This document shows positions 36,823-48,216 of a stretch of 64,000 bases of DNA, piece after piece. The position numbers were made by a program, and so were the translations under genes. Every line of letters begins with the position of its first letter. The first letter of the stretch is position 1. The stretch covers positions 1,680,906 through 1,744,905 of the forward strand of contig CAJINV010000009.1 of the NCBI GenBank assembly GCA_905178155.1, in the 5' to 3' direction. The notes below the pieces were generated by a model. The model worked only from the letters and a program-made list of their open reading frames with translations. It was not told the DNA's origin and did not search any database. This stretch comes from Amoebophrya sp. A120. Taxonomy: Eukaryota; Protista; Dinoflagellata.

Positions 36823-38441
36823 CTAAGCAGCAGGATAGTGCAGTATTTTCGCCACGACAACCGACACGTTGTCCGACGCTCCCCGCTGCAATGCCGTTTC
36901 CACGAGCACCTGAGCTGCTTCCTGCACCTCCTTCTGCCCAAAAGCGGTCGCTCCGACACTTGGTAACTGCATCTCCCCAATTTGCTCCGCGGTGGATCGG
37001 AGCACGGCTTCGACGATCTCACAGCTCTCGTGCGCGGAAATAGCGTCGAAGAGACCATCTGATCCGATGAGGAGAAACTGGTTTTTGACCACGACGGTGC
37101 GGGCGACGCCACCTGCTGCATCACCTGCGCTAAGCTGCTCTTCTTGTCCTCTCCTACTAAAGTCGTATTCGAAGATGTCGGGCGTGGCGATCACAAAGTC
37201 TTTGAGGTTTTCCGGCAACCTCCCGATCGACCTGCTCGTCGCCAATTTCCCCAGAACCCGCGGCAAGGGCCCCTCGCGCACCGTCACCGTTTCTTGCATT
37301 TCCGCGGACGCCGCCGGAGCTTCCGTCACGTTGGAGACAAAACCGCCCGGCCTGCTCTTTATCCTTGCCAGCTCCTCCCGCAAATCTGGGCGGTGCGAGA
37401 ACCCGACGCGCTCAATCCTGATGTTCACGCGGGGCTCCAGTTTGTCGCGGGTGAAGAACTTGGTTTTCTTCTCCCCGGTGTTGCGAATCGACCGCTGTTG
37501 CAGCAAAACGAGGTACATCTTTTTCGCGCCGCTGTTGCTCACCCGGATTTCCTCGATCTTTCCCAAATCACCGGTCTGCTTTATCAGAACCTTCTGCCCG
37601 ACGGCGAGGTCCTCGTCCGGGGCGTGTTCCTGCAGTTTCACGGTGTCAACATCTCCGAGTTGTGCAACTTGCTCGTGGTCTCTGCCCGTACTAGCGCTGT
37701 CGTCGGTATTTGGAGAATTGGAGTTGTCGTTCGCTTCGTTCTCCCTCTCCGCACCTCCTACGTCTGGCGGCGCTGCTTCCTGGTCCAAAATTTTCGCGAA
37801 CCACAGCTCGCAGTCTCCGATCTGCGCGACCAGCAGGGTGGTATCAAACATGATTGCGAGGGTCAGCGTGGATCCCGCGTCGGTGGACTGATGTTGTGAT
37901 ATCCAGGCGTCAAACTTCTGCAGGGACTGATGAATCGCGGCCTTGACAAGATTCGTCTGCTCTCTAGTACTTTGCAAGCCCGGCTGGTCAGAATTTGCCG
38001 AAGCCTCGGAGTAGATCCTCGTCTGGTCGTGTTGAGGATGAGCATCTTCTCGCTCCTGCAGCAGGTGAGCCAGCAGCTCGGGGCGCAAGAATTGCTCGGG
38101 GTAGACGTCCCGTAAGGCCGCGGCAACCTCCTCTCCGTAGTGCCCGTCAAACACACCGAAGACGTGAAACGTCTTTCCTCCGACCTCCGTCTGCAGTGCC
38201 AGGGTCGCGTCCTCTTGCGCAGGGCGCCGTCCCTGGGCCTGCGCCTGACCGACGATCGGGTAGGCAAGGGGGCGGGAAATGCTTCTGCCATCGCTTGTAG
38301 TCGCGCCGTCGTGCTGGCCAAGAAGATGTCGGTCCTCAAAGCTTCTGCTGCCATCGTCCATCTCAAAGGTCGTGGGAGCATCTGACAAGTGGTCCTGACG
38401 CACTTCTCCTCGCAGTGACTCAAGCCCTTCACTGTCAACAT
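36823..38441 (-). CDS. PP2C (PPM) family protein phosphatase
   Basis: QGRRPAQED, VFGVFDGHYG, AGSTL, VAQIGDC, HRPD..EELARI, RVLGKLATSRSIG, FLLIGSDGLFD, GASDNVSVVV; 5' end probably spliced (acceptor aaatcag at ~38442). Confidence 0.92.
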
Positions 38442-38846
38442 CTGATTTGTTAGGAATGGATGTCGATGCTCATCTTACTTGAGGCGTTCCGTGCGGTTCA
38501 ATATCGACGGAAAATGGAAAGTTATACGGAACGAAGGAATGTATCTCGAACTTCTCACACGTGGGTACTTTTACTTACATTCGGGTGAGAAAGAGGCATG
38601 AACGAGGATAGCATTCGGCTCGTGCTTTGTTACTTAATCTCATCTCCACCTGCGCAGCTTTGTCAAATCCAAATGGAAAAAAGAGCTATCTAATAGGTAG
38701 GGCGTTCGGGCAACTAGTTAGTGGAACACGAAAGTTCTCTTCGTGCCGCGTTTTGTCCATCTTGTCGTCGCTTTGAAGCATTGCCTGCTCGTCACAAAAT
38801 AGAAAATAAGTACTGTGGTTCTCACTTCTACAAGTACTTATTGCAT

Positions 38847-41800
38847 TCATCTTGGTTGCGGGCTGAGGGCTGTCTGGAACCACAACCAGAACGAGCAGTG
38901 TGAGTACAACAACAAAAAAATTGAAACCGAAAAAAATGCGTAAGTACCTCTTGGAGTTGAGTCGGCGGCGTCCGGCTCAGGCTGCGACGACGTTGCACAA
39001 GTTTCTTTTTCGAAATCGCCAGCGTGCTTGTGCACATTATCGGCATGATCATTCTCTGCAGCAGCCTCTGGGCCCGAGGAAAAAGTTGATGTCGTACCTG
39101 CTGCAGCCGCTCCTTTCATCTTGTTGCCTGACGACATTGCTTCGTCGTCCACAGCAAACCAAGGATGCCGCAGAGCTTCCGTCGCGGAAATCCGAAGCTC
39201 CGGTTCCCAGACCAGCATTCGCCGCAGCAGGTCCCTTGCTAGGCGGTCCGGCAATCCTTCTCCACTGACATCGAGCTCGCGCAGGAGTTGTGAAAACTCA
39301 TTTTCGCTGCAGGGCAGGAGAAGGTTCGTGCCAGGGTGACGATCTTCGTGTTGAGCGTCCTCATGGTCATGCTCTTCATGTTGGCCGCGGCCCCCAGCGG
39401 CACTTGCACTTCCCAGCGACTGTTCGTCAAGGTCATCAAGGACTGCGGTGTCCTCTCGATCATTCGTACCGCTGTCCTCCGCAGATGTTCTTAAGCCACG
39501 ACCGGCAGGATCTTCATGTTGACCGCTTGCTGCAAACCCAGCACTTGCGCTGGAATTTCTCCTTGTCCCTGCAAAGCCACCGGGGACCACGGTATGTTGC
39601 AGATGCAACCATGGCCGCACGCAATTATCGGTGAAGGCGTGCGCTTTGAGCGCGTTGACCACATCCTTGTCAGAGAAGCCGAGTTGACGGTATTTCATTT
39701 CGAGTCGTCGGCGCTTCCTCTGGTTTGACTGTTCGTAGCTTGCAAACTGATCGCTATTGGTCTGGAAGTGGTTATTTCGCGCATTCGACGAATGCTTTCT
39801 TGTAGTACCAGTGCTGGACGATGTCGCCACGTCATGAATTTCGCGCACTTGTAAAATTTCATCGATTCTGCGCCCTGTCACGATTTCAAGAAAAACCAGA
39901 CCCGCGGCAAAAATGTCGAAACTTGGGGACCGATAGTAGGGATTCGTGGTGATATTTGATGTCGAATCATCCGCACTGCTCGTTGCTGCGAATTGCTGAG
40001 CAGAAGTACTATCCATCGCCGCTGCTGGTGCTTGCTCCTGCTCGAAATTGGAACCGACGTCGTTTTCGGCTTCGGAGTCATCTTCAGATCTCAATCCATT
40101 TTCATCATTTTCAAGATTTCCTGCAGGAGCATCGCCATGGTTTAGGTTTTCTTGTCCGTCCGCTGTCATCTTTACCGAACCTTCACCAGCGTGCAATGCG
40201 GTCGTACCAGTTGCAGGAAAAAACGCCTCGGGTGGTAGGTATTCCGCGGTCTCTTCCTGCGCAGTGGGGCCCGTGCTAGAAAACAGATGCTCGTACTTTT
40301 TCAAATTTTCTGCTGCCGTCGTGTAGTGTATGTTTTTCCCGTCTTTTTTCCCAGGCTTCGGAAAGAACACCGCCGAGCCGAAGTCTGCAATGCGAAGGTG
40401 GAGCTCATGCTGCTCGTCCTCACGAATGAGCAAATTTCCGAGTTTTATGTCCCGATGTGTGATACCCACAGCGTGGATCTCCGCCAGACCATGCAGAAGC
40501 TGGTACATGATGGACTTCATGACTTTCAAGTTGCTCATCTGCCCCTGATCGTCGCCAGGATGTGGTCGGCCTGCGGAACCCCCGCCTGCTTCCAGTGTTT
40601 GCAGTGGGGAGGAGCCCCGGCCGCCACTTCCACCGGTGCTTACAGCCAGCGCATCTTCGACGCCCTCGCTGAGTGAAGGATTCCACGGCAAGGCAGGTGG
40701 TGAAACAAGAGGACCCATCGACGAAGGATCGAGCGTCTGGTGGAGGAGGACACCATCTGGATTTCTTCTCTCGTCAGCTGCGCCTGCTGCTGCAGTCTCC
40801 GGCAGTGGAATCGCGGGAGGGAGTAGCGCTTGCTCGAGTTGCAGCTGTCCGCTCTTCGAAGATGCTGGTGCAAAGCCGTTGTTATACGCCACAACCCACG
40901 AGGCCGCAGCGGACTCGAGATGCTGCGATGAGGAAGAGCTGCTTGTGTGGAAGTCTAGCAGTGACGCCGGAGCGCCTGAATGCTGGTCACCAGTTGTAAC
41001 GGGCGCGTAAGCCGATCCGGTCGGCGGGCTTGTTCGCGGCACGAGAGCAGCTTCTTCCCCCGCCGCAGAAGGCGACCTGGTACCAGTTCCCTGGCTCGGC
41101 CCAGCTCGAGTGTTTCTTGCTGGAGACTTCAGAGACCACCTATCAAAAGGAAAAATCCCCCCTCCCCATATCAAAACTGAAATCTGTGATGCAGATTTGT
41201 TGTCACAAATCAGCTTTGTCATGCTACACGGGAAAAGATGCGGACTGTAGTGCTGGGTGGCGTGGGGGAGCCTTGCATCTTCAGCATGATAGGAGGCAGC
41301 TGAGAGTGGGAAACAGCATGACAAATTGCCTGCAAACGAGACCACGACTGCGGCTCTTGGCCTTCTAGCATGACAAGTCGATTTGGTACCTCAAATCCTG
41401 CATCACAGATTTCCATTTCGATATGGGGAGGGGGGATTTTTCCGTTTGATACCACCAAAACGGACTTGGCTCGACCGTGGTGCCGTCCGCAGACACCCAC
41501 TATGGAGAGAAAAAAGTTTGTCACAGTCACTAAGTAGTTGCAGGTTTTGCATTACAAATTTTTTTAGCATCACAACTTCTCCTTGTATTGCAGAAACACT
41601 AGGGAAATCCCTTATGAAGTGTTGCTGTGATGCATTTTTACGCATGACAGACAATTTTGTGTTGCAAAAATGCCCATGAGTGATCGTGACGAACTTTTTT
41701 CTTTTGATACCCACCAGAGCAGGTGCAACAGCGAATATCCTTCGTTGACGAAAACCAGCCACATTTGGTCTTTGTTTTGCCCTGCCGAGAAATGGTCCAA

Positions 41801-43900
41801 GTACCTAGCCACGTGGGGCGCGTGCCGCAATTTCACACCAAAGAAAATTTCTCGCTCCCCCGACCGGCGGATTTCGCCTTTGGGCGCCGGCTCCTCTTTA
41901 TGCTGATTTTTGGCGTGCCTGGTCGTGGCCAGCTTGACTTCATCCTTCTCCGTGAACAGCCGTTTCAATACCACCTCCTGATATTATGACAATGCACAAC
42001 TCCCCCTCCCCCTCATTTGTCATGCAAAACCCCAAATCCACGTGCTTCCCTGTGGTACTGTTTGCATGACAGATTCCGGAAGCCCAAACAGTACTACACT
42101 AGGCGCATGAATTTGTCATGTATAGGCTCCTTGTGTGCTGGTGCTTTTATTGCCGTTCATGCTATACAAAAGAGGGGGAGGGGGAGTTGTGCACTGTCAT
42201 AGGTATTCCCCCGTTGCAGTTCGCTCCAGCGCTCGCCAGACCTCGCCGAAGCTTCCACGCCCGATTCGCGTGCGCGTGTCCCGCTGGTCCGCTGAGCGGA
42301 AGAAATAGCTGTCGTCGTCCTCCGTGTAGCCACCACTACTTGCCGACGCGCCGCCTTCTAGCATGTGGGGAATATTATCGCCGCGCGATGTTGACGCAGT
42401 GCCTTTCGTTCTCCTTCTCTTGTTCGCGAAGCTGGTGGCGTACAGATCGGCAAGCCGGTCGTAATCGTACTGGTCCTGTTGGTGGTCGTAGCTGTAGCTC
42501 AGCGTGGTGACGATTCTCTGCGCCAGCTCGCGGTACGGCAACTGAATGCCCCGAGCCATGAAAAACGAGTCCACACGTGGAACGAAGCGGTTATTTCTGT
42601 CGGTTATCATTCCTTTTCCAGGTGACTGGTGTCCCGGCAGATGACTTTCTGTTGCAGATGGTCCTTGCAACAATGGCTGGTGTGTTCCATAATCAACATT
42701 GCGGAAGTTGTCACCGCTTCCAGGAGCTGGAATCAGTTGCAGGCCCTCTCCTGAGGTCGGGCTGTAGGTCAACCATCGCGAGGACAGAGCGGACGAGGAC
42801 GTTGATGCGACGTAATTGCTGGCACCACTAGCACTATCATCGTATCCATGCAGTCCGCGTGTTACTGGCAAAGGATTTACAGCATTTCGGTCGGGGCACA
42901 CGGCCTTTCGCGGGAAATAGAACTGCCTCCCAGAAGCAGTTGTTGAGGAAGGTTGATCTCCTCTTCTCGGCTGCGAAATCGATTCGTCGTCGTGATCGCG
43001 TTCGTCTTCGCTTGGGAGGTCTTCCTCATCCACACGCGGGCCCTGCTTAGGGAAAGAGGCACTGTTCCTCGCATCTGCTGCTCTGCCCGAGCCCGTCCGG
43101 CTACGATCCTCTGCAGATGGTAGATAACGCCCTGCATTCGGAGGTTCAGAGTCCTCTACTCCGGCAATCTGCTCAGGCCCTAGTCCGGCCTGCTCAACGC
43201 CATCTACGGGGCAGCGCAAGTCGATGTCAATGCGCTCAACCAGAATGTACCGCCCATATTCGAGGACCGCGCCCGGGCGTAAATGGATCTCCTGCAGGGC
43301 ACCTGCTGCCGCTGCATCGCTTTCACCTTCTTCTGCTGGATGCATCGTTGCAGAGACAGAAGCTGGTCTTGCAATTCCTCGGTGCTCGATATCAACACTT
43401 CTCTGGGAGGCGAGCGCCAGCTCCCTCGATGTGATTTGCGATGAAGGCTTGTCGCGATCGTTGCCGCTCCTTCCTGATCTCGAGTCATCTACAATATGAT
43501 TTGAGGGACTCGACGTCATACTCAGGCTCATGTCGATGCAACTCGCCTCATGATCCCCCTGAGATTCCATATTCTTGACGCCGTTTTTGTAGCAGACATT
43601 TTCTCCATCAACGCCGGAAATTTTACCGCCATTCGCTGAAGGCCCTTCAATTTTGCGGGTCCTGGTCGTGAAGGAAAACGACGTTCTTGCGATTAGAAGT
43701 TGAAGTATCGAATAAAAATTCCAGTTGTAGAAGACGCTGCAGCATAGCAGTAGCAGCACGAACAAGATGGTTGTGGAAAAGAGCACAGTCGCTCTGCCAC
43801 ACCGGCGTGCGTTCCCCTGCTCCTGCGGCGGTACAACTACGGTAACTTCGATGGTCTGCTGGTCAACGACGTCGAGCTGGCTCTCTGCTGACTCGGGCAT
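38847..43900 (-). CDS. Ser/Thr protein kinase with an N-terminal TM segment (~1,430 aa; 3 introners)
   Basis: After removing 3 elements: IGRGSFGEVW..EYQEVVLKR, WLVFVNEGYSL, EPSPFWWSLK, HRDIKLGN, IADFGSA, YLPPE, DIFAAG, RISATEALRHPWF; 4,302 nt in frame; a probable extra GT-AG intron at ~38874-38947 would extend the frame to 38686. Confidence 0.92.
41141..41451. mobile_element. introner-like TIR element, C-tract family F, 311 bp
   Basis: tatcaaa.ggaaaaatcccccctccccatatc.aaa..gaaatctgtgatgcag TIR; DR ccacc. Confidence 0.93.
41501..41709. mobile_element. introner-like TIR element, family B-related, 209 bp
   Basis: tatggagagaaaaaagtttgtcac / gtgacgaacttttttcttttgata; DR cccac; removal gives LLWWV|SADG. 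Confidence 0.88.
41985..42201. mobile_element. introner-like TIR element, C-tract type, 217 bp
   Basis: tatgaca.tgcacaactccccctccccctc TIR; DR gatat/ggtat (4/5, synonymous Tyr); lies between kinase subdomains I and II. Confidence 0.92.
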
Positions 43901-44984
43901 TTAGCTCCGCCTTCGAAAGTGGGTACGTACGGCAATGGGGACGTCCTCGTTGGTGCCACGTCTTCAATGAGATCTTTCGTCACAATCCCTCGTCACTTTT
44001 CGCAACGGACATGAAGATCTTTGAATAGCACGGAGGACCAGGAGGTGGTATGTGGATGTGGTGCTTTATGAATGAAATGAAACTTTTACAGTCGTTCTCG
44101 TTGCAGTTAGCGTTTTCGTCAAATAAAAAGCGTTTAATCGAAGCATGTTAGAACCATGAGGACCATCAAGTCAAAGAAATCACGTAAATAAAATTCTGAC
44201 TAAATACTTTTCGTTCTTATTTCGAAGCGTTGGGCCCTGCATCATCGAATATCGATGGGCGTTATCATTCATATCAATGTCAATTTGGCAGGCTTTAGCT
44301 TTTGTCGAAATGCACACTAAAGCGCATGTAAAACGTACTTATTTATCTAATAGGCGGTCTGTAGAGGTACGTTCTTGCAATCTATCTCGACATGACGTTG
44401 ATACACATGCCTGTTACAGGGCGCGACCGCCACCGGCGTTTTTGCTTAGTATGCAATCAATCAGCGTGGCTTAGAGATAAGCATTTTGAGATCATCTGCA
44501 CACGAGCGCGAGGACGCCGCGTGCCCTGTAGTTGAAGAGGAGTAAACAAGTTTTTCCGAAGTTCGTTTCGTCTTGATCTCCACTGCCGGGGATGACATGC
44601 CTGGGACAACTTCATCACGACCGGTGACGCGAAACAAGAGCTATAGATTCTTTATCACGACGAGAAGCACAAGATGAACCGTAGAGCTACGAAACACCAC
44701 GGGTTCTTCAAAGCGGCAGGGGCAGAGCGACCAGGGAAAATCGGTGTCAAAAACGTGATCACAGTGGTGACTCCATCCCTGGTGGTGATGACGAGGAGTT
44801 TGTCGCTTTGTAGTTCCATTTTGTTCAATATCTATACCGTCCTCAACATTCTTCTACATTCTACATGATGTAACGCTTGGCGAGAGGTCTTTTTACAAGG
44901 TGGAGGTACACGTGCCACATTCCAAGAGCGAATCACGACTTTTTGGATCGTACAAATTGAAACTACAACTAGAAGCAGAGCTCA

Positions 44985-47583
44985 TCAGTTGGTTGCGTTG
45001 TCACTTTCTGCGTTGGCACGACCTCTTCCGGCAGGAGCTCCATCAAGAGCAGTACCTTCTTGCCGCTCTGCGTTTGGAGGTGTCGCGTTTCCGCTCTTTG
45101 CTTGCCGGGGGCTAAGTAGTGCTGCTTTCCACGCCGTGAAGGGTATCGGGTTTGTGTTCGTTTCTTCAGCGGGCAGAGCAGAACTAGTACCAGCCTCAGG
45201 ACTGGGGGAAGCGGCGTCAGCTGGGTCTTGTGCCCGCTGCCCGAAGTTACTTGACGACATCTCGTCCGCAACTGCAGACTCATTTCTCACGGACAAAGGC
45301 GAGAAAGAGCCGGATCGTTCTTCCGATATCGGAGTCAATTGCCTTACGGACGATGTGGACTCCTCAAGAACCACGCTCGCTGCCTTTTTTTGCGGCGCTG
45401 CGGACGCTTTTGTTGTGGACGCAACTGCAGTTGGGGTGGACACTTTTAATTGCAGCTGCGGGTCCGCTTCATGATCCCTGGTTGTACTCGTGTACGTGAC
45501 TGGATATTCAACAACATCCTGCCTCGAACTGTTTCTGTTCCTCTGGTTATTTGCACCACCCCTGCCAGCTTCTACAATTTTCACCGTCAGCGGTTGCGCT
45601 AGGGCCTCGTCGTCGTCAACCGTTGCCACCTGGAGGTCCTCCTCGAGAACATCGCCTTCCTCCTCCCCACCGTAATAAAACTCGCTGTCGGCGGACATGT
45701 GGAGTTCCTTTTTGAACACGTTCGCGATGTCCTGCTCGGGGTAGAGACAGGTGTGACACGTGTAGAAGAAGAGCACGCAGCAGGTGACCAAAATCGCGAC
45801 GCACCCAAGGAACAGGAACAACCACTCGTGGAGAAGACCCTGCATGGGCTGCGAGGGCGGGTACAGCTTGTGCAACTCTTTCATGATCGCGGTCCCATTC
45901 TTCAAGGTGTTGATGGGCTCCCAAACCTTGTAGACCGCGGACTTGTAGCAGCTGCGCTGCTCTTTGTCCTCGGCGCCGGTCTTCGGGTCGACCGGGCCAG
46001 TCCGGAAGCTGTGCGAGTAGCTGTTTAATTTTGCGATCGAAATTTTCATTCTATGCTTGAGCTTGGGCTGGAGGAGGAAGAGGAAAGACGACAACAGCGT
46101 CGTTTAAGTTTATTAGATCAACTATGCATGGTTTGCAGATAGAGATATTGCTCGTGCGTTGTAGAAATAATCATGAAGCAGCACCACAACTTCCTCGTCC
46201 CCCACTCTGTAGAAGACACAGTGACTGTGATTTCAAATACTTATGCCTTTATGTTCATCATGAAATATGATCACTTTCACTTCTCAAAACAAGGAGAACG
46301 AAAACAATAACAAGAACGTCGTGCGTTTTTGTTTTATACTAGCTGGTCCCTTCGCTAGTCTGCAACAGGAGACACACTGGGGCGTTCGACGAGAAGATGC
46401 CCGTCAGATTAGTCAGGGGCGCCTCTGACGCAAAGTAGAAAGGTATCGTGAGCAAAAACATCCCCACCCCAGAGTCAAGATGAGGATCTCGCAACACAAG
46501 TCGAGAAGTTTTGGGAGCCAAGCATGACAATTTCGTCTCTGTATTGTAGTGCAGTTTAGCAATTACAGCCGCAACACAAATCCATCTACTCATCCTGTTT
46601 ACAGCATCACAAAGTCCAAAACGCGATTGGAAACCAACGCCTCTCATTGGGATGCGCTTTACAAATCTTCCTGTGGCTGCAAATCTGCATGACAACTATG
46701 GGGTGGGGACGTTTTTACTCAGGATAAAAGGGTAGTTGTTGTTGTGTCCGACCGCGATTTTTTCGAACGTCTGCACGGGCTTCAAAAAATAATCCTCAAA
46801 ACTCGTCTTCATTGCTCCGCCAACTTTGCCCAAAACCCCAGCCGGAGGTGTCGCTTGATGCTCTTGTGTTCTTGTTTCACCTGCACCAGGTGCTGCTCTG
46901 TCACTTTCGTTTCGCACCGCGGCTTCGGCTTCGCCAGCGTCAAGAACAGAAGGCGTTGTTGTACCTCGGCCTCTACCCTTGTTGTACTCTTGCACATTTC
47001 TTCCTCCTGATCCAGTGCCTCCAGCAGCAGTCGACGCACCACCTTCTTCACGGATAATCTGGGTGCCACCCTGGTGGAGTTCCAAAAATTGAGAAGAGAA
47101 ACTAGTACTAGTCGCGTCAGACGATGCGCTGGTGCTCGGATTTCCATTTGGCTTCATGTCACTGGCAGGAAAATTCTCAGCAGCAGCACCATTTCCATGC
47201 CGGCCCCAGCCGGAATGAGCGTCTTGGCCAGCGTGATTTTCGTGTCGCTCCCGATTAGAAGTCACCCCGGTCGTGGCGCTGATTTCCACCGCACCGTGCG
47301 TCGCGGCCTCTTCGTGATTTTTGTCACCAAGAGAATCTGGATGTTTCTCGTGCTCCGGAATAGATTGGTCCCGTCGGCCACGAAAGCTCCGCCGTCCTGC
47401 GAGAGCGAAACTCGTCGGTGAGTGCAATGTCGCGAACCACGTAGCGAGTAGAAGTTTAAACATTCGCACGAAGATTCGCATTTGAAGACACATCCTGTCC
47501 GAGTTGGCTTTCCTGGGTAGAAGGTAGTTTGTCAGACGAAGAAAGCGACAAGGTTGAACAGATCGATACCTGCTTTGTAACAC
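44985..47583 (-). CDS. hypothetical single-pass membrane protein
   Basis: Signal-like MFKLLLATWFATL..; introner 46444-46726 (NYPF|YFASE); GT-AG intron 46021-46339 (TSY|YSHSF); TM WLFLFLGCVAILVTCCVLFFY; start codon uncertain. Confidence 0.75.
46444..46726. mobile_element. introner-like TIR element, family D, 283 bp, opposite orientation to 21147-21425
   Basis: tatcgtgagcaaaaacatccccacccca / tggggtggggacgtttttactcaggata; DR aaagg. Confidence 0.93.
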
Positions 47584-48216
47584 AGAAGCAAGACTGATAC
47601 TGAAGGAAAATACAAATAGACCAATACAGAAATGAAAAACTCAAAGAAACTGTTTTTGTTGTGGTGCTGGGTGAACATAGTAAAAGTGTTGTGTTGTAAT
47701 CAAGTAAGAAGTAGCATGAAAGCGCATCTGCTATTCCGATCTAACACGGCGGGTCTGGGGTGACTACGAGCACGATTTTTGTATCGATGACGAATTATGA
47801 CACGACTTGTCACGACCACGACGCAGCGAGAAAAGCGATTCAAATGTTACCTCTCCGCAGGAACAAGTCGCATCTTGGTTTTGGTTTTAGCACGACAGTC
47901 TGAACTTGAGTCTTCAGTTTCGATAACGCAAGATGCAAATCCAGTTTGGATTCCGTCAAATACTACGTTGCGACAGACGACGAATGACGCCGACACGAAA
48001 TCAAGTCGCGCCAGTGAACTGCTGATGCAGCAACATCGTCTGACGTTTCTTTTTTGATGTGCTGTCACGAGTCACGAACACGATCAAGATCAGCAAAACG
48101 CGCACCCGGGTAGGATGAGGCGTTGTCTCTATCTATCTTCCATGGGATTGCACAAAAAAAGTTATCGCGCAGCCATCGCTCGTCGATCCGTCCAGGTGGA
48201 AAAAGTATGAGTATCC

